From: Raja brachyura
Lineage: Eukaryota
Assembly (NCBI GenBank): GCA_963514005.1
Contig: OY740804.1
Span: forward strand, 4,898,001 to 4,962,000
Length of the DNA: 64,000 bases
Direction of reading: 5' to 3'
Below are positions 12,779 through 25,029 of the stretch, piece after piece. Below the pieces are notes generated by a model. It saw only the letters and a program-made list of their open reading frames with translations. It was not told the DNA's origin and ran no database searches. Made by a program: the position numbers and the translations under genes. Within the stretch, counting starts at the first letter, position 1, and every line of letters starts with the position of its first letter.

Positions 12779-12814
12779 CTACGGCGAGCTGTGAGGTTTC
12801 GGTTCATTGGGTCC
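12779..12814 (-). CDS. Gene B terminal exon, short cytoplasmic tail
   Basis: Mirror of 8849-8884. GPNEPKPHSSP-TAG. Confidence 0.72.
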   Translation of the reverse strand, partial: GPNEPKPHSSP

Positions 12815-13574
12815 CTGTAAAAAAAATGTTGAAGTCATCAGATTCATTAACTCAGGGAATTGTACTTTATTTCACAAGGCCACTCACAACAGAATTCTGC
12901 TTCCAATTGGCACAGTGATGCAACTGATAGAGCTGCTGCCTCACAGTGTCCAAGAATTTGCTTGGATTTTGACTTTGGTGCTATCTGTGTGGAGTTTGCA
13001 TGTTCTCGCTGTGGCCATGTGGGTTTCCTCCGCGAGCTCCGGTTTCCTCCCACATCCCAAAGACTTGCGGGTTTACAGGTTACTTGGCCAATGTGAATTT
13101 CCCCGAGTGTGTTGGGATTTGGGACGAGAGAATGGGACAACACAGAACTAATGCGTACAGGTGATCAATGGCCTGATAGACACAAAGTGCTGGAGTAACT
13201 CAGCGAGTCAGGCAAGATCTTTGGGGAAAAAGGATGGGTGACATTTCAGGTCGGGACCCTTCTTCAAACTGAAAATAGAGGGGAGGAAACTGGAGGTCAG
13301 ATAAGATGGCCTGCAGGGTCGCAGTGGGCCAAAGGGCCTGTTTTCATGCTGTATTTCTCTCTGCTTCAATGACTGTACAACATCTACATCAAGCACACAA
13401 ACATCTTGTCAAGACCTATTGATATCTTTTTCGTAGAGCATTGGTTTGGCCCGAATTTGTGAAATACATTATCTAAACACTTTCCGTTTGTTTTATATTA
13501 TCAGCATGTTTGAAAGTATTAATGGACATCATTTGGAAGCAGTCAGCGATTCTGATAATCTCTGCAAAACATAC

Positions 13575-13665
13575 CTTCCTTGTACTTGTGAACAATGAGA
13601 CTGAGATACTGCAGATCCCAAGCAGAGCGAAGTACAGCCAGCATCCCACCTTCCATGTCATGGAA
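13575..13665 (-). CDS. Gene B transmembrane exon (Arg replaced by Cys)
   Basis: Mirror of 7998-8088 with intact splice sites. SMTWKVGCWLYFALLGICSISVSLFTSTRK. Confidence 0.82.
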
Positions 13666-14778
13666 CTGAGCAAAGGGGGAAAGATACAGAATCAGTGGGA
13701 GAAAACAGACTAGTTTGTGTTGGAAACATTCATATCCTGATTGCTGTGAAATCTCTGCATGGAGCAGGGTACAGCAACAGAGCCCAGGGAGTTCAACTGG
13801 GAAATTCCACCGTCCAGGATCTCGACCCAAAACTATCCATGTTCTTCAGAGATGCTGCCTGACTCGCTGAGTTACTCCAGCATTTTGTGTCTAGCGTTGA
13901 TAAAGTTAGATAGGAAAAGATGGGAGAAGTGACGAGTGGTCTGTAAACACCAGCATGGACCAGCTTAGTTGATCTTTTCTGTGCCTTCAATCCTATGTGA
14001 TCAGATGTAATTCTGCATAATCCTGGAACCTCATCACATTTAGGGTATTGTGTGCATTTCTGGTCACCATGTTATAGGAAAGATTTTGTCAAGCTGGAAA
14101 GGGTGCAGAGAAGATTTCCGAAGATTGCTGGGACTCGAGGGCCCGAGCTATAGGGAAAGGTTGAGCAAGCTAGGTCATTATTCCTTGGAGAGCAGGAGGA
14201 CGAGGGGTGATCTTATGGAGGTGTACAAAATCAAGAGATGAATCAACAATTACTTTCTCATCTTCTTTTCATTACATTGGCACATTTGATAGAGCTGCTC
14301 TCTTAAGGCGCCAGAGACCTGGGTTCGATCCTGAATGTGTAGGGATTGAACAATAAAGTGGTACAACATAGAACTAGTGTTAACGGGGGGATCGAAGATC
14401 GACACAAAAAGCTGGAGTAACTCAGCGGGTCACACAGCACCTCTGGAGAGAAGGACTAGATGACGTTTTTCGTGTTGAGACACTTCTTCAGACTGATCTA
14501 AGGCTGTCATGGACTTGTAGGGTGGAAGGGCCTGTTTCCGTGCTGTTTCTCTAAAACTAAAAACCAAAAAAAGCTAGAGACCATTTGGCCCATTGAGTGT
14601 ATGCTGGATCTTAGATCATTCCTTTCAATTCTTGTGCGCACTCCGATCGCAACATTTGAATCGATTGAAGTCAATACTCTGAGGCACTTAACTAGCCAAT
14701 GAAAAAGGAAATTCTCTTCCAATTTATTCTCATAAGGATGCAGAGCCATTCACAACAGCAGTAATAACATAATTGTAC

Positions 14779-14899
14779 CATTCCGTGCAAGTGGATCGGG
14801 TGGTGTCATTTTGATTATCATTGGATTTTTTTTCTGTACTTGCAAACGGTGTAGTCATCATTGGTTCATTCTTAGAAGTGCAACCAGTCTTTTCAGGTT
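14779..14899 (-). CDS. Gene B stalk exon
   Basis: Mirror of 6755-6875. EPEKTGCTSKNEPMMTTPFASTEKKSNDNQNDTTRSTCTE. Confidence 0.7.
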
Positions 14900-15517
14900 C
14901 TGTTGGGTCAAGGAAATACAATTCAACATCACCTGCTTTTCACTTGCAATCATAAGTTCAGAAGTCATAGGAGCAGAATTAGGCCATTTGGCACATCGAC
15001 TTCATCAGTTCATGTTCATAAGTGATAGGATCAGAATTAGGCCATTCGGCCCATCAAGTCTACTCCGTCATTCAATCATGGCTGATCTATCTCTCCCTCC
15101 TAACCTTATTCTCCTGCCTTCTGCTCATAACCCCTGACTCCCGTACTATCTCCGCCTTAAAATATCATTGACTTGGCCTCCACAACCTTCTGTGGCAATA
15201 AATTCCTCAGATTTACTACCCTCTTACTTAAGAATTCCTTCCTAAAGAAACGCTCTTTAATTCGGAGGCTATGACCTCTGGCCCTAGATTACCCCACTAG
15301 TGGAAACATCTTCTCCACATCCACTCTATCCAGGCCTTTCCATATTCAGTAAAGTTCAATGAGGGCCTCCCTCATCCTTCTAAACTCCAGCGAGTACAGG
15401 CCCAGTGCTGTCAAACACTCATCATATGTTAACCCACTAATTCCTGGGATCATTCTTGTAAACCTCCTCTGGACCCTCTCCAGAACCAGCACATCCTTCC
15501 TCAGATATCGGGCTCAC

Positions 15518-18030
15518 CATAGAAACATAGAAAATAGGTGCATGAGTAGGCCATTCGGTCCTTCGAGCCTGCACCGCCATTCAATATGATCATGGCTGAT
15601 CATCCAACTCAGTATCCTGTACCTGCCTTCTCTCCATACCCCCTGATCCCTTTAGCCACAAGGGCCATATTGAACTCCCTCTTAAATATAGCCAATGAAC
15701 TGGCCTCAACTACCTTCTGTGGCAGAGAATTCCACAGATTCACCACTCTGTGTGAAAAATGATTTTCTCATCTCGGTCCTAAAAGACTTCTCCCTTATCC
15801 TTAAACTGTAACCCCTTGTTCTGGACTTCCCCAACATTAGGAACAATCTTTCTGCATCTAGCCTGTCGAACCCCTTAAGAATTTTGTAAGTCTCTATAAG
15901 ATCCCCCCTCAATCTTCTAAATTCCAGCGAGTACAAGCCAAGTCTATCCAATCTTTCTTCATATGGAAGTCTTGCCATCCCAGGTATCAGTCTGGTGAAC
16001 CTTCTCTGTACTCTGTGGCAAGAACGTCTTTCCTCAGATTAGGAGACCAAAACTGTACGCAATCCTCCAGGTGTGGCCTCACCAAGACCCTGTCCATCTG
16101 CAGTAGAACCTCCCTGCTCTCTAGTACTCAAATCCTTTTGCTATGAATGCCAACATACCATTCGCTTTCTTCACTGCCTGCTGCACCTGCATGCCTACTT
16201 TCAACGATTGGTGTACCATGACACCCAGGTCGCCTTGCATTTCCCCTTTTCCTAATCGGCCGCCAATCAGATAATAGTCTACTTTCCTGTTTTTGCCACC
16301 CAAGTGGATAACCTCACATTCATCCACATTATACTGCATCTGCCATGCATTTGCCCACTCACCCAACCTATCCTAGTCACCTTGCAGCCTCCTAGCATCC
16401 TCCTCACAGCTAACACGGCCAACCAGCTTTGTGTCATCCGCAAACTTGGAGATTTTGCATTCAATTCCCTCATCTAGATCATTAATATATATTGTAAATA
16501 GCTGGGGCCCCAGCACAGAGCCTTGAGGTACCCCACTAATCACAGCCTGCCATTCTGAAAATGACCCGTTTACTCCTATTCTTTGCTGGATTCTGAATTT
16601 CTCCCAGTCCTCTGGTAGGCTGCTTTTTCTGGCTAATTTGTATGCTTCATCTTTTGTTTTGATACTATCCCTGATTTCCCTTGTTATCCACAGATGCACT
16701 ACCTTCCCTGATTTATTATTTTACCAAACTGGGATGAACAATTGTTGTAGCTCATCCATGCAGTCTTTAAATGCCTTCCATTGCATATCCACTGTCAACC
16801 CTTTAAGAATCACTTGCCAGTCTATCTTAGCCAATTCACGTCTCATACCCTCAAAGTTACCTTTCTTTAAGTTCAGAACCCTTGTTTCTGAATTAACAAT
16901 GTCACTCTCCATCCTAATGAAGAACTCAACCATATAATGGTCACTCTTGCCCAAGGGGCCACGCACAACAAGACTGCTAACTAACCCTTCCTCATTACTC
17001 AATACCCAGTCTAGAATAGCCTGCTCTATCGTTGGTTCCTCTAAATGTTGGTTTAGAAAACTATCCCGCATACATTCCAAGAAATCCTCTTCCTCAGCAC
17101 CCCTGCCAATTTGATTCACCCAATCTATATGTAGATTGAAGTCACCCATTATAATTGTTTTACCTTTGTTGCATGCATTTCTAATTTCATGTTTGATGCC
17201 ATCCCCAGCTCCACTACTACTGTTAGGTAGCCTGTACACAACTCCCACTAGCGTTTTCTGCCCCTTAGTGTTTCGCAGCTCTACCCATATCGATTCCACA
17301 TCCTCCATGCTAATGTCCTTCCTTTCTATTGCGTTAATCACCTCTCTAACCAGCAATGCTACTCCACCTCCTTTTCCTTTCTGTCTATCCCCCCTGAATA
17401 TTGAATATCCCTGGATGTGCAGTTCCCAGCCTTGGTCACCCTGGAGCCATGTCTCCGTGATCCCAACTATATCATATTCATTAATAACTATCTGCACATT
17501 CAACTCATCCACCTTATTACGAATGCTCCTTGCATTGAGACACAAAGCCTTCAGGCTTGTTTTTACAACACTCTTACCCCTTATACAATTATGTTGAAAA
17601 GTGGCCCTTTTTGATTTTTGCCCTGGATTTTTCTGCCTGCTATGTTTACTTTTCACCTTGCTACCTATTGCTTCTACCCTCATCTTACATCCCTCTGTCT
17701 CTCTGCTCATGCTCCCATCCCCCTGCCACATTAGTTTAAATCCTCCCTGACAGCACTAGCAAACACTCCCCCAAGGACATTGATTCCATTCCATCCCAGG
17801 TGCAGACCGTCCTGTTTGTGCTGGTCCCACCTCCTCCAGAACTGGTTCCAATGCCCGAGAAATTTGAATCCCTCCGCCTTGCATCATTTTTCAAGCCTCG
17901 TATTCATCTGCCATATCCTCCTATTTCTACTCTGACTAGCACGTGGCACTGGTAGTAATCCAGAGATGTTTACCTTTGAGGTCCTACTTTTAAGTTTATC
18001 TCCTAGCTCCCTAAATTCGCCTTGTTGGAC
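15518..18030 (-). mobile_element. CR1 LINE, mirror copy in a gene B intron
   Basis: Same internal deletion as 3628-6135. Endonuclease ORF 16721..17731 is open for 336 aa. Confidence 0.92.
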
Positions 18031-20996
18031 CTCTAAACCTATCCTATCAATGTACCTGTCTAAATGTTCCTTAAATATTACAATAGTACCTGCCTCAACT
18101 ACCTCCTCTGGTAGCGTGTTCCATACACCCACCACCCTTTGTGTAAAAAAGTTCCTGCTGCTGCCAACACTTAACTGTTGATCACATTTATTGATAATTT
18201 CTCTTTCTGTCCCATATTTGAGCTCTGGAGATGTTGAGATGCTGCTGGGACACTTAAAGGGCTTGGGTTGGTGGGAATGCAAAGCCTGTTTAGCCCTGAC
18301 AAATGCAAGGGGAAGTTCTGACCAGAGAGCTGGCCTTGCCAGGACAGGGAGATCTAGTCCAGTGGATCAGATACCTACTGGAGGGATGGGGCAATGTTAT
18401 TACAGGTGGATCTTATGAATGCAGTAGTTAGAAAGGAGCTTGCTGAGACTGAACATGCTGGATAATAGTTATGATTTGGAGCTGAGGAGCAACAGGGAAC
18501 AAGACGTTTCGGGTCAGAACCCAAGGTGACGTTTCGGGTCAGAACCCAAGGGGTTCAACCCAAAATGTCACCTTATCATGTCATCCAGGGATACTGTCTG
18601 ACCTGCTGAGTTATTCCACCATTTTGTCCTTCTTTGGTATAAACCAGCATCTAGAGTTCCTTGGTGGAGCGTCACAGCAGCTGGGAAGGCGGATGAAGGC
18701 TGCAGCAGAAAAGGATCTCCGGTCGTCTTGGACTCCATGACACTGGATCCCGACCCAGATCTGTCAAGGACCGTGGTGTGGCTGTCTGTGAACCAGTCTC
18801 CTTACGTTAAACAAAGTCACGCACAGTTGTCCTCCATATAAGGAATAACATACTGGCGACACCCATGGTCAGCCATAACTGAGGGGGTCTAAAAAGAAGA
18901 GTTCTTTATTATCAGATATCAGCAGAAGTTGTTGCTGGGTGTCCGAAAAGCTGTACTGAAATAGAGATTGGCTTTCTATTATTTGGGATGGTTGTAATTG
19001 AGATAATAAGTAGATTATTATGTACAATTAATATATAATAGCACACGAGTAGGTGACGTTTTGGATCTGGACCTTCTTCAGATATATAATGGGTGGTGGG
19101 GAGAGAAAGCTGGAAGAGAGGTACCTAGCAAATGATAGGTGGATACGACTGGGGGGGGGGGTGGGGGTATTTGATTGGAAAATTGTTGTGCAAAGACAGA
19201 GATGAAATGACAAAAGGCTGTGGGATAAAGAGTTAGGGAGAGAAGAGAAGTGAAATTTGAAGTCAGTAGAAGTGAATTAGGTGGCATAGAAACATAGAAA
19301 ATAGATGCAGGAGGACGCCATTCAGTTCTTGGAACCAGCACCGCCATTCAATATGATCATGTCTGATCAGTACCTCGTTCTGGCTTTTTCCCCATATCCC
19401 TTGATTCCCTTAGCCCAAAGAGCTAAATCAAACTCTCTCTTCAGTGAATTGGCCTCCACTGCCTTCAGTGGCAGAGAACTCCACGGATTCACAGCTCTCT
19501 GGCTGAAAATGTGTTTCCTTATCTCAGTCCAAAATGGACTACCCCTTATTTTTAAACTGTGACCCCTGGTTCTGGACTCCTCCAACATCGGGGACATTTT
19601 CCCTGCATCTACCCTGTCCAATACTCTAAGAATTTTATATGTTTCTGTAAGATCCCTTCTCATCCTTCTAAATTCCAGCGAATACAAGCCCTGTTGGCCC
19701 ATTCTTTCATCATATCTCAGTCCCGCAATCTCGGGAATTAACCTGGTTAATTTCTAAGCTGCACTCCCTCAATAGCAATAATGTCCTTCCTTAAATTGGA
19801 AGACCAAAATTGCACACCATTCTCTAGGTGCGGTCTCACCTGGGCCCTGTGGAACTCTGTGGACTCTGAATTTCTCCCAGACCTCTGATAGGCTGCTTTT
19901 TCTGGCTAATTTGTATGCTTCATCTTTTGTTTTGATACTATCCCTGATTTCCCTTTTTATCCACGGATGCACTACCTTCCCTGATTTATTATTTTGCCAA
20001 ACTGGGATGAACAATTGTTGTAGTTCATCCATGCAGTCTTTAAATGCCTTCCATTGCATGTCCACCGTCAACCCTTTAAGAATCACTTGCCAGTCTATCT
20101 TGGCCAATTCACGTCTCATACCCTCAAAGTTACCTTTCTTTAAGTTCAGAACCCTTGTTTCTGAATTAACAATGTCACTCTCCATCCTAATGAAGAACTC
20201 AACCATATTATGGCCACTCTTGCCCAAGGGGCCACGCACAACAAGAAACGTCACCTATTCATATTCCCCACAGATGCTGCCTGACCCGCTGAGTTACTCC
20301 CGCACTTTGTGTCTATTTTCCCTTAACCCATCTGCCCAAGCCCACTCTCCCCCCTCCTTTCCTATGTTCCTTTCCACCCATAAACCTCTCTCTGCCTTTA
20401 CATTTCACTCCTCTTTCAAATCTGCTCTACTTATCTACATGCATTTTTCTTCTTAACTTTTTAGTCATAGAATGATGCAGTGTGGAAACAGGCCCTTCAG
20501 CCCAACTTGCCCACACCGACCAACATGTCCCATCTATGTTGGTCGGTGTGGGCACTATCCATGTACGTGTCCAATGTCTCTTAAACATTAGGATAGTCCC
20601 AGCCTTAACTACCTCATCTGGCAGCTCGTTCCATACACCCACCACCCTTTGTGTGAAAAAGATTCCTATTAATTTCTGAAATATTAGTCATACATTTGGT
20701 GCAGAAATGCTGCAAAAAATAAGGGTCAGAATACATCAGACAGCATCTAAAACCCCTGAGCTTCCAAGGCCCTTAAGCAGGCCCTGGACCCCGTCATCGA
20801 GGGACTTCCCGCTTCATGCTCATGGTGTGCGCAGCGCGCACATTATTTCACATTAATATTTTTGCAATCCGGTCATACCACCCCCCTTTTTGAAAAGCTT
20901 CGTACGGGCCTGTATGCTGTATCTCTAAAGTAAACTTGTGTGGCTGGAGGTAAAATTTTAGCAGCTTGAATTTTCGGCTAACGGGGCTATTTGTGT

Positions 20997-21755
20997 ACAT
21001 CGAAACATAGAAATTAGGTGCAGGAGTAGGCCATTCGGCCCTTCGAGCCTGCACCGCCATTCAATATGATCATGGCTGATCATCCAACTCAGTATCCCGT
21101 CCCTGCCTTCTCTCCATACCCTCTGATCCCCTTAGCCACAAGGGCTACATCTAACTCCCTCTTAAATATAGCCAATGAACTGGCCTCAACTACCCTCTGT
21201 GGCAGAGAGTTCCAGAGACCCACCACTCTCTGTGTGAAAACATTCCTTCTCATCTCGGTCCTAAAGGATTTCCCCCTTATCCTTAAGCTGTGACCCCTTG
21301 TCCTGGACCTCCCCAACATCGGGAACAATCTTCCTGCATCCAGCCTGTCCAACCCCTTAAGAATTTTGTACGTTTCTATAAGATCCCCTCTCAATCTCCT
21401 AAATTCTAGAGAGTATAAACCAAGTCTATGCAGTCTTTGTTCATAAGACAGTCCTGACATCCCAGGAATCAGTCTGGTGAACCTTCTCTGCACTCCCTCT
21501 ATGGCAATAATGTCCTTCCTCAGATTTGGAGACCAGAACTGCATGCAATACTGTAGGTGTGGCCTCACCAAGACCCTATACAACTGAAGTAGAACCTCCC
21601 TGTTCCTATACTCAAATCCTTTTGCTATGAAAGCTAACATACCATTCGCTTTCTTCACTGCCTGCTGTACCTGCTTGCCTACTTTCAATGACTGGTGTAC
21701 CATGACACCCAGGTCGCGCTGCATCTCCCCTTTTCCTATTCGGCCTCCATTTATC
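20997..21755 (-). mobile_element. 5'-truncated CR1 insertion present only in the right arm
   Basis: ORF 21089..21724 is the CR1 ORF2 C-terminus plus tail. The left arm at about 2510 has the uninterrupted site. Confidence 0.88.
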
Positions 21756-21992
21756 TGAACATTTGTCTGAAAGTTTACAAAATAATTTGTCTTCTGTGAC
21801 CTAAGTTATGGATCCTTATTATTGTGACACTAACCACAAACTTCCAACTACTGTGAGCATTCCTCTCAACATCATGTATTTCCTGCCAGAATCTTGTGGG
21901 GTCTTCAGAATCATCCCAATCCATCTTTTCCCGTGACACTAAAATATCCCAGGAATCAAACTGGCAATTCAGTCATTCCCTCCAGCACTTAC

Positions 21993-22301
21993 CACTGTTA
22001 CCTAAATGCACCGCATAACTGCAAGTCGCTCCGGTGTTGGGCACTATCACGGTGACCATTTCACTGGTCTTTGTCCCACGATTATTTGAGGCTTTGCAGT
22101 AATATTGATGGCTTTGTTGTTTGAAGGATTGACAACGTAGATCCAGGTTATTGCTATTTGAGATCTTTAAGGTATTTTCATACCAGGTGTAGCTAATAGG
22201 AAGTGATCCCCGCTCAGACTTACACGACACTGTCACTTTGCCTCCGTCACAGGAGACATTGGCTGGTGACAAAAATCCAAGCACAGGAACAGACACGGGT
22301 T
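21993..22301 (-). CDS. Gene B IgC2 exon (FcR-like domain)
   Basis: 309 nt, AG/GT intact, open frame. EPVSVPVL...SCDGGKVTVSCKSERGSLPISYTWY...YYCKASN. Confidence 0.88.
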
Positions 22302-23686
22302 CTGTGGGAAAGGAGAAAACAATGGATACAAAGTCAACGTCTGAAAATAAAAGACTCTCCCATTCTGGCACCCTTGTACCTCGACTTTTGAAGAGGTACA
22401 CGCGAACCTCGTCCCCTGCCTTCGGTGTTCGCAATATGACCCCGGCCTTTACACAAGCGAGCCTGGACATCCTGGTTGCTAATCATTTCAGTCTCCTTCC
22501 CATTCTCATCCCACCCTTTATGTCCTTGGGTTCATCCATTGCCAAAACTATGTTGAAAGAGAAACAGCGTATCCCCCTCGACAATCGGACAATGCAACGG
22601 TATGAACATTGTATTCATGGATTTCATCTTCTCTCCTTATCTGGTCTCCTCCTCACTTATAACACTCCACCTGTCTGTTGATCAATCCCCTCATCTCTCT
22701 CTCTCTATCTCTCTATCTCTGTATCTATCTCTCGCCAGGCTCGATACCGTTCCCATCTCTCAATTCCAGCTTTCTCCTCCCTCACTCCGTCTGTCTGAAA
22801 GAGGGTCACGACTCGAGTTGGTTTTGTCCATTCCCTCCACAGATGCTACCTGACCCGCTATGTTCTTCCAGCACTTATGGTTTTGTTCACCTGTCATACA
22901 CCTGTCCAATGTTCGGTGGCTATAGAGAGAGGCTATAGTTGTGCTGGGATGAAGTGGCCTGCAACAGGAAGGGAACCCATTGGTGCTGATATCGGGGTGG
23001 AGACAACGAGAGATATTGTCAGTCTGAGAAGCCCAGAAACTCGGGGAAGGTGGAGGTCGCCTGGAATTTCCTGAAAGGTCTGATTAGGAAAGCTTTACTC
23101 AAATTTCCTCCGAGATTGGGCCAGGTGGAGATGCTGGCTGGCTGCCGGGCAGTGGGTGGGCAGTGGTGAGTGGCTGCTGGGGGTGGGGGCGCATTGACAG
23201 GACAGAGGGAGAGGGAGAGAGAGACCGCTGGGTGGGGAGGGAGTGATTGGCCCATGAGGTGGGAGCGGGGAGCGGGCTGGCCTGCCCCGGGAGGAATGAA
23301 CGCAGTCTGTTGAACTCACGGGTCTGATTCCCTGTTTAATATACTCCGGGTATTCAGACCGCGGGCAACACTTGTTTCTCAGTGATCTGTTCCCAACGGA
23401 TTATTAGTTTGAGTTGGAATGCAAACCTCTGACAGGGTAACATTTAACATAGTTCAGAGGCAGGGAATGTGCTGAGCATCCCACTTGAAGTGGTTGGCCG
23501 CTCAGTGGGACAGAGCCCGCACTGGGTGAGAGCAACATGAGTGGGGTTTCCCGACCCCCGCCCGCTCCCCGCAGGTCTCTACACTGCTGCGGAGCCTCGG
23601 GATATCGGTGCTGCCCTGACCCTTCCCGGAGAAACATGGATCAGGCTTTTTAGTGGAGACGTCAAGTCAATCGCTGATAAACGTAC

Positions 23687-24001
23687 CGTCAGATACTTGG
23701 AGATGTACGTTAAACAATGGATCCTTGCCAGGTGCAGCAATTCCACAACTGTACCACCCTGTATCTCCAGAGCGAAGATCCTCCACAGTCACAGTAAATA
23801 TTCCTCGTGTCCGGTTATCTGTGATTGACACTCTTCCACTCCGTCCATGTTCCCCATTTGTTTTCACTAAAACTCTACAATGTTCAGTCCACCCGTGACA
23901 CCAGTATTTTGGGCGTGAGCGGTACTCTGCTTCATAGTGACAATCGACTGTGACCGCTCTTCCCACAACTCCTCCTACACGGACCTTCCCCCACACCGCA
24001 T
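23687..24001 (-). CDS. Gene B IgV exon, CD300/pIgR-like
   Basis: 315 nt, AG/GT intact, open frame. KYWCHGWTEHC...DTGWYSC. No convincing leader exon was found upstream. Confidence 0.9.
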
Positions 24002-25029
24002 CTGAAACTGAGAGGAAACATCTTGTGAAAATGAACAGGAAGAATCAGGTGAACATTCGGAATGATCAGGGGTGCGCTGGACAACATTCATCCCCCCACC
24101 AACACTGGACCAGATCATCCATCACTGCATGGACTTGCCCTCGTTCCAATTAGAAGCGTCTCTGCCATCTCCAACCCAGTGGTAGGGAACAACATCTCAT
24201 ATTTCCCGTCGGCAGATTACACCCCAATGGTATGAATATTGATATCTCTAACTTCAAGTAAACCTTGCATCCCCTCTCTGTCCATCCCTCTCCCACCCAA
24301 GTTGAACCAGCTTCTTGTTGAATCTCATTGCCTGTAACTAGTTCTCACTTACTACACAGCTAGCAATGGCCTGTTTCCTTTATCATTGTTACTTTTTTTT
24401 ACATATCTTTAATTCATTTGTTCTATATCTCTCTACACAACCATCTATACATCTTCCATTTTCCCCGACTCTCAGTCTGTAGAAGGGCCTAGATCTCGAA
24501 ATGGCACCTATTCCTGAGCTCCATAGATGCTGCTGAGTTACTCCAGTATTTTGTGTCTATCTTCCAAACGGACATTGTCTCTTCTGTCCCCTCAGCATTG
24601 CCGGCGTTTCTGTTGCTTGTCACGCTGCTGGGAGCGGCATCTCCCGGTCCTTGTGTCGGCTGGTGGCTTCCCAGATCTAGCAGTTGTGAATGGAAGGAGA
24701 CCGCAGAGTACAATATTCGGTAAATTACCTCACTTCAGCTACCAACTAAATGGGTCGCTTTAATGACCGAGTGAAAAATACGTCCAGGAAAATATATGGG
24801 ATTCTGTATAGTGATCCCCTCTCACTCACAATCAGTATCACAACAGCTTCAGGATTAAGGTTGGGCCTTGCTGAATTAGACAAAAACACAACAGAAGGCA
24901 AAACAAAATGAAAAGTAAATGGTTACTTATTGCGAGAACGCTGTTGACCAACACTCTAGCCACGAGGATTAGAGAACTAAAAAAATAAACGGCTAAATTG
25001 TTGTCAATTTGAGAATTTTAAGCGTAACG

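Larger units (their letters stand above)
1..24076. repeat. Large inverted duplication (palindrome): left arm 1-9631, right arm 12025-24076, unique spacer 9632-12024
   Basis: Window start CGCACCCCTGATCATTCCGAATG is the reverse complement of the sequence ending at 24076. ORFs mirror throughout (21..410+/23667..23996-, 1793..2290+/21973..22470-, 8512..8856-/12807..13151+). Homology ends at ...TTCCTGCCTTC 9631 and GAAGGCAGGAA... 12025. The outer end may extend beyond the window. Confidence 0.95.

Noticed and set aside
20694-20709. 16-nt micro-exon with good splice signals in a gene B intron
   Set aside because: It would shift the frame and appears to lie inside a dispersed repeat.
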